DNA from: Candidatus Woesearchaeota archaeon | Lineage (GTDB): Archaea; Nanobdellota; Nanobdellia; Woesearchaeales; JAAOYA01 | Reading direction: 5' to 3' | DNA length: 64,000 nucleotides | NCBI GenBank assembly: GCA_018221105.1 | Contig: JAAOYA010000001.1 | Location: 176,812 to 240,811, forward strand | In this document: piece after piece, positions 54,013-64,000 of the stretch | Layout: each line of letters opens with the position of its first letter | Numbering within the stretch: position 1 is the stretch's first letter | The notes under the pieces: model-generated | What the model was told of the DNA's origin: nothing | The model's input: only the letters and a program-made list of their open reading frames with translations | Databases searched by the model: none | Translations under genes and position numbers: made by a program

Positions 54013-54597
54013 TTAAGCCTTTCCTTTATTCTTGCCTCTGGACTCGACAATGACTAAACGTTTTTCAACCTCATCATCATTGTAGGCTTTTAGTACCATC
54101 TTAAAGGCTTTTTTTGATATTGTGTGATGTTTACTCTCTAATGCTTGTCTTAGTAAATGCAGGTCTACTGCTTTGTCTTCGATTTTTGTTGAATTAAAAC
54201 TCAGTCCGTAATCAATAAAATACACTTTGTCTTCACATAATATCATGTTGCTTGTTGTCAGATCACCGTGCATTATGTCATTGTCATGTAATTTTTTTAT
54301 TTGCTCTCCGATAACACTTGCTAATGTTGGGTTTTGTTCAATCACATCACGAACTTTTGGTCCGTCAACATATTCCATTTTGATTAAATGCTTTTTCTCA
54401 TCAACTTCTATTAAGTGTGGTGTTGGAATTAAAGTTGATATTTTTTCTAATACTTTTGCTTCGCGTCGAGTTCTTTTTTTTCGCAGTTCAGAGTCGATTG
54501 TTTCGTGGCGATAACTTTTTTTGACGCGTTCTTTAACAATAATATTGTCAGCTAATGTTATTGTTGCTTCTGCTCCAACAGCAATTATTTTACTCAT
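54013..54597 (-). CDS. bud32: KEOPS kinase Bud32
   Basis: GAEA, K.YRH..ID, HGDLTTSN, IDYGL and EDKAVDL motifs. Confidence 0.95.
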   Translation of the reverse strand: MSKIIAVGAEATITLADNIIVKERVKKSYRHETIDSELRKKRTRREAKVLEKISTLIPTPHLIEVDEKKHLIKMEYVDGPKVRDVIEQNPTLASVIGEQIKKLHDNDIMHGDLTTSNMILCEDKVYFIDYGLSFNSTKIEDKAVDLHLLRQALESKHHTISKKAFKMVLKAYNDDEVEKRLVIVESRGKNKGKA

Positions 54598-54674
54598 AAC
54601 ATAATGGAAAACTGTTTTTTATTAAAAAGATTTGTGAGAAAACTTTTTATATAAGTATCACGCGAGAGTAGAAA

Positions 54675-55379
54675 ATGCTCGAACCTAAGGATAACCCAGA
54701 ATATCAACCCGGAACAATAGTCTGTAGCAATGTTTATGAATTCTCAAAACCTTATTGGGGCATAGTATTACCAAAAGAAGCGTTTGTTACAGCATTCGAA
54801 GAAGAAAAAGGAGCTTGGCCTGCTGGCAGAAAAATTCAAGGAAAAGGTGTTAAAGGTCGAAAAATTACTGAAAGATTTCTCAATAAATATGGTTATTTCA
54901 TGCCTTGTTATGATGACGATAACGTCATATTTAGCTGCGTAACCGGAGGGACCCCTACGGTAGTTGCCGATCCTAAAGAATTTATTGAAGATGCTCGATT
55001 TGTAGGAATTAAATTTCCATCAGATACTTATAATACAACATTAGGGCGAACGATGGGTTTAGAAGTTATAAGTGCTTATCCACCGCCACTAGTAAGCGCA
55101 ACAAATCCCGAAGAACTATTAACTCTTATCAAACATCGCAAAGCCTTTACCCAAGAAGTTGGAGGTGTGCATTATGAAAGCCAACGTGCATCTTCTTGGT
55201 TAGACACCCTCTATGCATTTTTTACAGGTCAATTAAAAGGCCAACCAACACTTCCTGAAGCCGAAGCAGTAGCTAAAGGGTATGACAATCAACGCGTAAA
55301 ATTCATACAATTACTAAGAGCTTGTGATTTTGACGAAGGACAAGGTATTGAAGGAATAGTTAATATAGAATTGGAATAA
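54675..55379 (+). CDS. Hypothetical protein
   Basis: 234-aa ORF with upstream TTTTATATA box. Confidence 0.6.
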   Translation: MLEPKDNPEYQPGTIVCSNVYEFSKPYWGIVLPKEAFVTAFEEEKGAWPAGRKIQGKGVKGRKITERFLNKYGYFMPCYDDDNVIFSCVTGGTPTVVADPKEFIEDARFVGIKFPSDTYNTTLGRTMGLEVISAYPPPLVSATNPEELLTLIKHRKAFTQEVGGVHYESQRASSWLDTLYAFFTGQLKGQPTLPEAEAVAKGYDNQRVKFIQLLRACDFDEGQGIEGIVNIELE

Positions 55380-55382
55380 TAA

Positions 55383-56153
55383 TTATTTAGAAGTATTCTT
55401 AACTGTTGTTTTCTCTATTTTTTTAACATTAACAGCTTTTTTTAGTTCTTCTTTAATAGGTTCTTTTTTCGCTTCTACTTTCTCTACTGTTTTCTCTTCT
55501 GTTTCAACTTCTTCTTTTGTTTCTTCTGTTTTTGGTTGTTCTTTTGCAATTAATGCTTTTTTTTGCATTTTTTGTGTTGTCTCAATTTTGAAAAGTCTTA
55601 CTTCTGAGTTTCTAAGCGGAGTGATTTTTTTTAGTGTGCTTGATAGTTCGCGTTGTAGTTTGTGACGTATTAATTCTTGTATTATGTGCTCGTATGTGTT
55701 GTTTGAAACGTATGATACTAGAAAATCGATTGTTTTTTGTCGTAGCGCTTTTTGTACTGCTCTTGAAACAACACTGTTTGTTATAACTAATGGTTTTACT
55801 CTGACGTGTACTGAATCTTGGGTTTTGCACACGAATGAATCGTCAACTCTTGAGCGTCTCCTGCGAATAAGTCTTTTGACTGATGATGGTGTTAGCTCGT
55901 ACTTAAACAGTCTGGTGTGGCCTTTGTTTTCTTTTACTTGTATTACTTCAAAGGTTGCTTGAATGTTTCGCTGTCGCATGTCGCCTGTCACATTCATTAA
56001 AGTGTCAGTGATTTTTTTACCTACTAATTTGTTGACGTCTATTGTTGGAGTGTGACCTATTACTTTGTTGTTTAAGTAATTTGGCGCTATTAAATCGTAC
56101 CATTTTTTGCGCTTCCACTTGTCAACTGTTTTTGTTTGTCGTAATTTTGCCAT
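55383..56153 (-). CDS. rps3ae: Ribosomal protein S3Ae (eS1)
   Basis: DKWK.KKWY..AP, R.IRRRRSRVD and KKITPLR..EVR motifs; charged tail. Confidence 0.92.
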   Translation of the reverse strand: MAKLRQTKTVDKWKRKKWYDLIAPNYLNNKVIGHTPTIDVNKLVGKKITDTLMNVTGDMRQRNIQATFEVIQVKENKGHTRLFKYELTPSSVKRLIRRRRSRVDDSFVCKTQDSVHVRVKPLVITNSVVSRAVQKALRQKTIDFLVSYVSNNTYEHIIQELIRHKLQRELSSTLKKITPLRNSEVRLFKIETTQKMQKKALIAKEQPKTEETKEEVETEEKTVEKVEAKKEPIKEELKKAVNVKKIEKTTVKNTSK

Positions 56154-56184
56154 TTTAGTGAATTTTGAGGAAAAGGTCTCCTAT

Positions 56185-57327
56185 TTATAAAACTTTTGCT
56201 AGTGTAGCGACTAATTTTTTATAGTTTTGTGCTGTTGGTTTGCTCTTATAATTTTTTGCTAGTGAGCGCAAAACATCAATGTTTTTTTTGTCATGAACTA
56301 GCATTCTAATAATGTATTGTGTGAACTGTGTGATGTTTGATGGCTTGACTGTTTTTTTGGAGCGCTCAAAATCTATTAGTACTGGTTCTTGTTTTTTTGT
56401 TATTAATATGTGCTTGTAGGGGTTTGTCAGTTCTTTTTTGTTAAGTCCTAAACTGTCAAGTGTTCTTAATTGTTCTAAGATTTTTTTTATGATTTGATAG
56501 TTTGTTGTTTTATTGTTATTTTTTAAAAATTCCCCGATTAATTCTCCTTCTATAAACCAGTACACGAAATAATTCTTGCCTGAGAATACTATTTTTGGGC
56601 CAATGTTTTTTTTCTTGAGCATTGTTAGCTGCGTTATTTCGTTTGTTATCGTGTCAACCTTGCTAATTGGGTTGTGAAATTTCGCGGCTATTTTTTTGTT
56701 TTTGTAAACTCCTGTGTATATCAATCCTCTGTGGCCTCTTGCGAAAAGCATTACATTGCTGACTTTTTTTTGGTTTAGTGTTTTGAGGTGTTGATTTTTT
56801 GTGAGTTGGTATACGTAGAGTGTTTCAAAAAACTGTGTTTTTTTTGTTAATTGTTTTTTTTCAAACCCGTTCTCTGCTATTATCGATTCTACTTTGTTTT
56901 TTTTTGTTTGATTGCTAAACAAAAATAGTATTTGCCCGTCATCTGCTAGATAATCGCTTGCATTGTCTAAGAATTTTTTGCTTACTTCCCAACCTTTAGG
57001 ACCGCCGTCAAGTGCCACGTCAGGTTCTGCCAATTCGTCGTTTGGCAGGTATGGAGGATTGAAAATTATTGTGTCAAACTGTCCTTTAATGTTTTTGAAC
57101 ATATCACTTTGCGCGTACTCTATTTTTTTGTGGGAGTTGTGTTTTTTTGCGTGGCTTATTGCTTTTTTGTCAATGTCTACTGCTAGCACACTATTGACTG
57201 ATTTGTTTTTTGTGGCGCTTAATGCTTGCACTCCACTTCCTGTGCCCATGTCTAAGACTTTGCCACGTGCTAGAATGTTTACTTGTTGTGCTAGTAGTTC
57301 GCTGTCCTCTAGTGGTTCGTATACCAT
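56185..57327 (-). CDS. HemK2/Mtq2-like methyltransferase fused to a Ser/Thr kinase-like domain
   Basis: VYEP.EDS.LL, DMGTGSG and FNPPYLP; C-half ARGHRG...K...E...GPK...LIDFE. Confidence 0.85.
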   Translation of the reverse strand: MVYEPLEDSELLAQQVNILARGKVLDMGTGSGVQALSATKNKSVNSVLAVDIDKKAISHAKKHNSHKKIEYAQSDMFKNIKGQFDTIIFNPPYLPNDELAEPDVALDGGPKGWEVSKKFLDNASDYLADDGQILFLFSNQTKKNKVESIIAENGFEKKQLTKKTQFFETLYVYQLTKNQHLKTLNQKKVSNVMLFARGHRGLIYTGVYKNKKIAAKFHNPISKVDTITNEITQLTMLKKKNIGPKIVFSGKNYFVYWFIEGELIGEFLKNNNKTTNYQIIKKILEQLRTLDSLGLNKKELTNPYKHILITKKQEPVLIDFERSKKTVKPSNITQFTQYIIRMLVHDKKNIDVLRSLAKNYKSKPTAQNYKKLVATLAKVL

Positions 57328-57335
57328 TTTTTAGT

Positions 57336-57824
57336 TTAGAAGTAGTCTTTTATTTTATGTTTTACTTGTTCGTGGCCAAGCCAAGCTAAAAGTATTATGG
57401 CGTCAAGTGCTGGCATGAGCTCGTTTGTGAAAAGTCCAGGGCATATTTGACCACTGTAAAATGGAAATAGTGGAGCGTAAGCTCCAAGTATTAAGCAGTC
57501 GAGTGCTATGTGTAATGTCCAACCAAAAGCTATAATGTATAATGCTAATGCGATCTTTTTTTCTTCCCACACACTAAAAAATATTGCGACTGTTAAAATA
57601 ATTAGTGGCAATGCTATTATGTGAGTGAAGCCGCCATGGAAGAAAAATGTTTTACCAGTGAACAATTTTTGAAATCCTCCTAGTACGATGTCAATATCAG
57701 GCAAGAGTCCTGCAATACCTGCTAAAAATATATAATTAGTGCCAAAACGATTGTTTGCAATGTAGTGGCGGTACAAGTCAACCAAGACTATTGCTATTAT
57801 CACGTGTGTTACTGCGTTTGGCAT
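57336..57824 (-). CDS. Membrane-bound metal-dependent hydrolase (YdjM-like)
   Basis: TH, LPDID, HGGFTH and HIALD motifs. Confidence 0.88.
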   Translation of the reverse strand: MPNAVTHVIIAIVLVDLYRHYIANNRFGTNYIFLAGIAGLLPDIDIVLGGFQKLFTGKTFFFHGGFTHIIALPLIILTVAIFFSVWEEKKIALALYIIAFGWTLHIALDCLILGAYAPLFPFYSGQICPGLFTNELMPALDAIILLAWLGHEQVKHKIKDYF

Positions 57825-57906
57825 ATGACTAGTAAACCAATTGTTGATTTATAAAGGTTGTCAATTAAATAAGTTTATATAACATCGATTTCTTAATAAT
57901 CAAATC

Positions 57907-58311
57907 ATGACTAGGAAAAAAACAACATTATCTGAAGAGATTAACATTTTGGGAGAGGAGTTATCGCAGATTAAAGAATTAGAAGATCTTATTGGTGTTG
58001 ATGATGATCTACTAAGAGCACAGTTTAAAGCAGACACTAGCGCTGGCAGATTACTCAAGAAGATGGAGCATAATATTATTTTGATTCAAGAACAGTTAAA
58101 CCTTAAAAAAGAGGGTGCTGACTTGAATCACGGAGTATTGCAAGAAGCGCACCAAAGCATCAGGTATTGGATGAACAAGCTTACAGACTTGCGTGATAAA
58201 ATGCAAATGCGCCAGAAGATGGAAAGAAGTTTTACTGATCATTTCTTATCACTTTTAGACCAGGCTGAAGAATTGATGAAAGAAGCCTTCGAGCACTTAG
58301 AAGACTCTTGA
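57907..58311 (+). CDS. Hypothetical helical/coiled-coil protein
   Basis: 134-aa ORF with upstream TTTATATA box. Confidence 0.55.
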   Translation: MTRKKTTLSEEINILGEELSQIKELEDLIGVDDDLLRAQFKADTSAGRLLKKMEHNIILIQEQLNLKKEGADLNHGVLQEAHQSIRYWMNKLTDLRDKMQMRQKMERSFTDHFLSLLDQAEELMKEAFEHLEDS

Positions 58312-58361
58312 ATTAAAAATTTTCCAATAATTTTTTAAAAAGCTACAATTGACAATATACA

Positions 58362-59471
58362 ATGTTGAACACTGAAGAATTTCTAGAATGGTTAAACAAG
58401 GAAGGATTGCAAAGCTATGTTGACAAAAATTATTTGTATTTTAAGAGTTTGCTCAATAAATGTTTTGTTCCAAAGTCTAAAGAGAACATTTTGATTTTTA
58501 CTGATCTTGGCTTTCCAGCAAGGCGTATTGCGCCACTACTAGCAGCTAATTATTATAGTGCTGCTAAAGGGTTAGGCCATGATGCTAAGATTATTGTTCA
58601 AAACCCTAAGTTTGGCGGGGAGTTGGCTGATGAGAACGTTAGAAAGGCTTTGATTGACGCTCCTGATGGAAGTATTTTACTTTTGGCTTTTTCTGGAAAG
58701 CTTGGTTTTTTGCAAAAGAATAAGATGAGTTTTCGGTCGTTTATCAAAGAAAACAAACATCATTTCGCGTCAACTATTGGACTTCAAGGATTGGATACTA
58801 AAATGATTGAAAAGTTAGTTCCAATGTTCACTATTGATTATGAACAATTACAGGATAAAGCTTCTAAACTTAAAAAAGTATTGGAAGGCGCTAAAACAAT
58901 GAGCGTGAAAACCGCTAGTGGCACTGACTTGAATTTAGAACTTGACAATAATCCTATGAGCGTTGTTGATGGTAGTTTTTCAAGCCCTGCAAGCGGTGGC
59001 AACCTTCCAGCTGGAGAAATTTATTTTCCGCCAATCACGTCTTCTGTCAATGGAGTGGTAGTTGTTGACGGTTCAGTAAAAGTAAGTGATGGAACCCTTA
59101 AAATAAAAAATCCTATAACACTAACAATAAAAAATGGTAGTGTGATAAAAATTAGTGGTCAAGAAGAAGCAAGAAAGTTTCGTGAAACTATTGATAAAGC
59201 AGTGAAAAATAATGGTGAAGATGCTCGTGTTGTTGGAGAGTTCGGAATTGGTTTAAACCCGGCGGCAAAGATTATTGGCGCTATGATTGCTGATGAGAAA
59301 ACTTTGGGCTCGGCACATATTGGTATTGGTTCGAATTATTGGTTTGGTGGCAGCATCAATATCAAAACGCATTTAGACGCAGTATTTTTAAACCCTCAAA
59401 TATTTATAGATGGAGAAGAATTAACAATAATTAAAAATGGTTTACAAGCAAGCAATACTAATTCGCAATGA
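58362..59471 (+). CDS. M29/AmpS-like aminopeptidase
   Basis: GTDL, NLPAGE, GEFGIG.N, DEK..G..HIGIG and HLD motifs. Confidence 0.85.
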   Translation: MLNTEEFLEWLNKEGLQSYVDKNYLYFKSLLNKCFVPKSKENILIFTDLGFPARRIAPLLAANYYSAAKGLGHDAKIIVQNPKFGGELADENVRKALIDAPDGSILLLAFSGKLGFLQKNKMSFRSFIKENKHHFASTIGLQGLDTKMIEKLVPMFTIDYEQLQDKASKLKKVLEGAKTMSVKTASGTDLNLELDNNPMSVVDGSFSSPASGGNLPAGEIYFPPITSSVNGVVVVDGSVKVSDGTLKIKNPITLTIKNGSVIKISGQEEARKFRETIDKAVKNNGEDARVVGEFGIGLNPAAKIIGAMIADEKTLGSAHIGIGSNYWFGGSINIKTHLDAVFLNPQIFIDGEELTIIKNGLQASNTNSQ

Positions 59472-59781
59472 TTTGAAATTGCCAAAGGGTAAGATGGCGG
59501 CGCAAGCAAGTCACGCGTCAGTTGACGCTGTTCTCAAAGCTGACAAGAAAATTGTTAGTGAGTGGCAATCCTGTGGAATGGCTAAAATAGTCCTAAAAGT
59601 TGCCAGTGAGAAAACTCTTGTGAAATTTTTCCAATTAGCAAAAGATAATGGTTTGGCGGCTTCACTGATTACTGACGCTGGAAAAACTGTTATTGCTCCT
59701 GGGACAAAAACCGCTGTTGGCATTGGCCCTGCCAGCGAAGAAGAGATTGACATTATCACTAAAGACTTGCAATTGATGTGA
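59437..59781 (+). CDS. pth2: Peptidyl-tRNA hydrolase Pth2
   Basis: GKMAAQASHA, KIVLKV, DAGKT and GIGP motifs. Confidence 0.96.
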   Translation: MVYKQAILIRNDLKLPKGKMAAQASHASVDAVLKADKKIVSEWQSCGMAKIVLKVASEKTLVKFFQLAKDNGLAASLITDAGKTVIAPGTKTAVGIGPASEEEIDIITKDLQLM

Positions 59782-61359
59782 TTATAAACTATCAAATAAT
59801 TTTGCTACTTTTTCTTGTCCTATTATTAGCACAAAGTTTGCTAGTTGTGGTCCTTTATCTTTTGCTATTAGAGTGTTGTACGCTGCTTTGAAAAAATCTT
59901 TTACTTCCAAATTATTGTTTTTTATTATTTTGTAGAATTCTTCGTGTAATTCTTTGTCAGTCCAAGTTTTTTCTTGTAGTGTTTGCGCTGCTTGTTTTAG
60001 TGCTGTTTTTGTTTTAGTGTCAAGTTTTAAGTCTGTTGGCGCTTTGTCTTGTACTCTGAATTTGTAATCGTCTGGAGCGTGTTTCTCTAGCCATCGCTCT
60101 ACACATTCTGCTCTGTTGAGTAACCGTTTTTTGTCATTGTCATCAGCTAAGTGTTCGCTGTAATGATCTATTATTTTTTCGTTATTGAACGAGTAAATTT
60201 GCACTACAGTGCTCAAGTGTCGAAAGCTTGGTTGAAAGGGTATTTTTTTGCTTGGGGCCTCTACACAGCTTAACTCGTAAATTCTTTTTTGTTTTAGTGT
60301 TTCTTTTTCACTGGCGTCTTCTGCTTTGTAGTATATTCTTTCGCATTTGTCAAAGTCTTCATAGATTTTTATTACGTCAACGTCAAAACTTATTGCGAAT
60401 TCAGCGTTTGGTCTGGTGCCTGCGAACAACCATCTGACAATTGCTGGCTCGTAGACCTCAAGACATTCTGCTAGTGTTATAACATTGCCTGTGGAGCTTG
60501 AGATTTTGCCCCCTACTCCTTTTACTCTGACAAAATCATACATTGTATATGTTGGAGCAGTCCAATCATAAATTTTTACTATTTCTTGCCCTGTAGTGTA
60601 CGAGCTTCCTTGTGTTGAGTGGTCTTTGCCTCCTGGTTCAAAATCGACTTTTTCATAAGCCCAGCGCATTGGCCAGTCAATGCGCCATGGTAGTTTTAGA
60701 ATGCTTGTTGTTAGTATATCGATTTTTTCTTGATAATTGCAAGTTTTGCAGTTGATTGTTATTGTTTGTTTGTTGTCATAGTCGCAAAACGTGACGTCGT
60801 CAGTGCCGCAAGCCGGGCAATAACCGCTTAATGGCAGCCAATCATTGGCTAATGGCTCTTTGCGATACTTGTTGAGAACATCTTTTATTTTTTGAGTGTT
60901 TTGCAATGCCACTATAATATTTTTTGCGTACTCGCCTGCCCTGTACTTTTTTGCCTGGTACAAGTATTCAGGGTTTATGCCAACAATTGCCACGTCACGC
61001 TCTACTTGATTTTCAAAATGCTTAGCATAACTTTCAACTTTTGAGTAAGGGTCTGGTATGTCAACTATTGCTTTTCGCAAAAGTTTTTGCAAATCTTCTT
61101 GTCCTGGCAGGTTGGAGGGTACTTTTCTAAAAACGTCATAATCGTCCCAAGAGTAAATAAAACGAACTTTTTTGCCAGCGTCAATGAACGCTCTGGCTAC
61201 TAAGTCGACTGTGATGATTTCGCGAAAGTTTCCAATGTGGACAGTTCCTGATGGTGTAATGCCTGCTGCCAAAACATAAGTCTTTTTGTTGCCTTTCTGT
61301 GCTATTACTTTATTTACAGTGCTGTCAGCCCAGTGCATTGCAACTTGTTTTTTTGTCAT
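59782..61359 (-). CDS. lysS: Lysine--tRNA ligase (class I)
   Basis: GITPSGTVHIGNFRE, KLPWRIDWP and KISSSTG motifs. Confidence 0.97.
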   Translation of the reverse strand: MTKKQVAMHWADSTVNKVIAQKGNKKTYVLAAGITPSGTVHIGNFREIITVDLVARAFIDAGKKVRFIYSWDDYDVFRKVPSNLPGQEDLQKLLRKAIVDIPDPYSKVESYAKHFENQVERDVAIVGINPEYLYQAKKYRAGEYAKNIIVALQNTQKIKDVLNKYRKEPLANDWLPLSGYCPACGTDDVTFCDYDNKQTITINCKTCNYQEKIDILTTSILKLPWRIDWPMRWAYEKVDFEPGGKDHSTQGSSYTTGQEIVKIYDWTAPTYTMYDFVRVKGVGGKISSSTGNVITLAECLEVYEPAIVRWLFAGTRPNAEFAISFDVDVIKIYEDFDKCERIYYKAEDASEKETLKQKRIYELSCVEAPSKKIPFQPSFRHLSTVVQIYSFNNEKIIDHYSEHLADDNDKKRLLNRAECVERWLEKHAPDDYKFRVQDKAPTDLKLDTKTKTALKQAAQTLQEKTWTDKELHEEFYKIIKNNNLEVKDFFKAAYNTLIAKDKGPQLANFVLIIGQEKVAKLFDSL

Positions 61360-61446
61360 AGTATGATTTAAGCGTTGTAGTATTTAAAAATTCTTCTATG
61401 AGAAAAAACACTAGTTTTATATAATAATTTGTCATGCTAGTTTTTA

Positions 61447-61779
61447 ATGAGAGAGGTTGTTGGGTTGGTCGAGAAAATAGTTATTTTTGGCGTTACGCAA
61501 AAAAGTGTTAATGCTAAAATTGACACTGGCGCGGTGCGCTCAAGCATCTGCCAATCACTGGTAACTGAATTAAAACTTGGCCCTGTTAACAGAGTGAAAG
61601 TTTATAAGAGTGCTCTTGGAAAACAACAAAGACCTCTTATTAGAATAAAAATCAAGATTAAAAACAATGTTTTGACTGAAGAGTTCAGTGTTAGCAAGCG
61701 TGAAAACCTTACGACTCCTGTGCTGATAGGTCAGAACATACTAAAAAAAGCAAGTTTTATTATTGATCCACTAAAATGA
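61447..61779 (+). CDS. RimK-associated aspartic-protease-fold protein
   Basis: AKIDTGA.RSSI...R...VLIG motif. Confidence 0.88.
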   Translation: MREVVGLVEKIVIFGVTQKSVNAKIDTGAVRSSICQSLVTELKLGPVNRVKVYKSALGKQQRPLIRIKIKIKNNVLTEEFSVSKRENLTTPVLIGQNILKKASFIIDPLK

Positions 61780-62869
61780 AAGCAGCAATTATTAGTATGG
61801 CAGTGAGAGTTCGAAAAAAACATATGATGCTATGAAAAAAGTTTTCGAAAGTGTTGATTTTTTGGATGTTAGAAAAATCGAGATTCAAATAGGTCGTGAT
61901 AGTGCAAAAGTGTTCCATGATGGAACCTTATTGCCATCGTATGATTGTGTTTACGCTAAAGGATCGCACAATTATAACACTATTTTGCGCTCTTTAACAA
62001 GTATTTTATCAAAAAACACTTATTTGCCGCTCAGCCCTGCAGCTTTCACTATTGGTCATGATAAACTATTATCACAATTAAAATTACAACAGGCTGACTT
62101 GTTAATGCCTAACACTTACTTGGCAGCCAGCATTAAAAGTGCTAAGAATTTGCTTGACAAACTAAACTATCCAATAGTCTTGAAGTTTCCTCGTGGAACA
62201 CAAGGCAAGGGAGTGATGTTTGCTGATTCTAAAAATAGTGCAGTATCTTTATTGGATGCTTTTTCAACTCTTAAACTGCCAGTTTTAATACAAGAGTTCA
62301 TTGACACTGAAGGAAGCGATATTAGAGCTTTTGTTATTGGTGATAAAGTTGTTGGTGCAATGGTGCGCCAGGCAAAAGATGGCGAGCAAAGAGCTAACAT
62401 TCACCTTGGAGGTGTTGGCAAGCAAGTATTGCTTGAGCCAATAGCCAAAAAATTAGCTGTTAGCGCTGCAAAAGCTATTGGAGCGCAAGTTTGTGGTGTT
62501 GACTTGTTGCAAACGCACACTGGCCCAGTGATTTTAGAAGTGAATTTGTCGCCCGGAATAACTGGAATTAGTGGCGCTACAAAAATTGATTTTGCAAAAA
62601 AAATTGCTGAATACTTATTTGAGAAAACTAGAGAGTTCAAAAAAGATTATAATGTTAACGGCTCAAAAAACTTGTTCTCAGACCTTGGCATTAGCAAAGG
62701 AGTTGCATTAATTGACAAAGAATTATTAATGCCCCTACAATTTAAAGGTGACAGTGTACTATTGCCAGAGCACCTTGTGAGAACTGCTGGTTTTGAAGAA
62801 AACACTACCTATCACGTGCTAGTAGAAAAAGGCCGTTTAACAATAAAAACTTCTAAGAGTCCCAATTAA
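61776..62869 (+). CDS. rimK: RimK family ATP-grasp ligase, frameshifted near the 5' end (about 61800)
   Basis: DK, YPIVLK...G.QG.GV, IQEFI, DIR.FV.G, RANIHLGG and EVNLSPG motifs; coupled ATG 61776 is out of frame by one base. Confidence 0.85.
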
Positions 62870-63863
62870 TAACAGCTTTTGCAATTCTAGTAACATAATT
62901 CTCATAACGCTGCAATTTTTCAAGTATTGAAGAAATTTTAGCGCTGAACTTTTGAGACCCTTTAGGGTGTTGTTTACACGCCAGGCGATGCTCTAATAAT
63001 GCTTCAATATCTTTCATCATCTCACTTTTTTTTGCCAGTGCAGCAAAAGAAGCTGTTTTTTTACGCTTGTAAAACTCATTCAATATATTCAAATAAGTCT
63101 TGTTAATCTCATCAAGCAGCACGATAAATTCTTTGTGACAAGGGTTTTTTGTGTTCTTGCAATCCTCAAACAAAATATATTGTGTTTCAGCAAGCAACCT
63201 AGCAAGTCTTTTTATTTGATCAGCTGTTGACTCTAAAGCTTCAATAACCCTAAAATAGTTTATTGCATCTTTAAAGCGTATTTCTACTTGGCTTGCAAGA
63301 CTCGGGTGTTGCATTACTTTATTGAGTATTTTATGTCCTACAATAAATAATCTGTTGACGTCTTCGTCACGTTTTGCAAAATCTACTGCTTGGCGTTGTC
63401 TTATAGCATCATCCAAATCTTTAATCATTGAACGTATGATAACATCCATTCGTCGTACAATATTAATTATTGAAATGTCGTTCATGTTCAAAAAATCTTT
63501 AATGACAACCTTTTTTTTGCTTTGCTCCATTATCTCCAAAGCAATCATTTCACGAGTCGAATCCTTAATTATGTCTAAGTGTTTTTCGATGTCATGATCG
63601 ATTATTTCTATCACATTATAATTTCTGATGTATGCAGAAATTATGTATTTTCGCAAATATAACGGGTTGACAACTGTCAAATCAATAGTTTTGACCCTGG
63701 GCTGTATTTGTGCTTCAGAATTATTATCCACTACTAATTTGTCACCCTCAAAATGAATATTTACTTCATCGCCTTTTTTTAAATCGTGGTCTGTAATCCA
63801 ATTTTTTGGCAAGCTGATAACAAAACTATTACGACCAAATTTTATTAGTTTTCTTGATACCAT
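62853..63863 (-). CDS. AbrB-PhoU phosphate uptake regulator
   Basis: RKLIKFG..S..ISLPK.W N-terminal AbrB domain; RDEDVNRL and LES.ADQ PhoU motifs; start ATG 63863. Confidence 0.88.
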   Translation of the reverse strand: MVSRKLIKFGRNSFVISLPKNWITDHDLKKGDEVNIHFEGDKLVVDNNSEAQIQPRVKTIDLTVVNPLYLRKYIISAYIRNYNVIEIIDHDIEKHLDIIKDSTREMIALEIMEQSKKKVVIKDFLNMNDISIINIVRRMDVIIRSMIKDLDDAIRQRQAVDFAKRDEDVNRLFIVGHKILNKVMQHPSLASQVEIRFKDAINYFRVIEALESTADQIKRLARLLAETQYILFEDCKNTKNPCHKEFIVLLDEINKTYLNILNEFYKRKKTASFAALAKKSEMMKDIEALLEHRLACKQHPKGSQKFSAKISSILEKLQRYENYVTRIAKAVINWDS

Positions 63864-64000
63864 AAACCCTACACCCCCAATAAAAGCATATAGCCAAATG
63901 CAAAACATATTAGCTATATATACTATATCGTAAATGTATATATATTTAAAAGTATCTATAGTATGTATAAACAAGGGGGTGGGTTTATGACAACCGACTA

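Noticed and set aside
63864..63974. N-terminal extension of the PhoU ORF
   Set aside because: This is AT-rich promoter sequence; the AbrB domain starts at ATG 63863 after an SD-like GGGGGTG

Overview
A 64-kb window from an AT-rich archaeal genome, most consistent with a DPANN archaeon such as Woesearchaeota. This is an inference from gene content: AMP phosphorylase, bacterial-type GyrB, class I LysRS, Methanococcus-type S-layer, and ITG-motif surface protein. Most of it is core machinery: a 16S-tRNA(Ala)-23S rRNA operon, the exosome/proteasome superoperon (pop5-psmA-SBDS-rrp4-rrp41-rrp42-rpoK), ftsZ-secE-spt5-L11, SMC, TFB, GINS, HisRS, LysRS and Bud32. Orphan genes are scattered among these. 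The most striking feature is the tRNA set. All ten tRNA genes I could read carry a bulge-helix-bulge (BHB)-type intron at 37/38, and three carry a second intron at a non-canonical site (T-loop 59/60 twice, D-loop 15/16 once). The set includes a tRNA-Ile(UAU) and a tRNA-Val(GAC) with C33. Two tRNA 3' ends are duplicated downstream like att scars. The rRNA processing stems appear to lack BHB motifs. Also present are a split glucosyl/mannosyl-glycerate pathway, a small accessory islet next to tRNA-Ser, a HemK-kinase fusion and a frameshifted rimK. All calls come from reading the sequence by eye; no searches were run.
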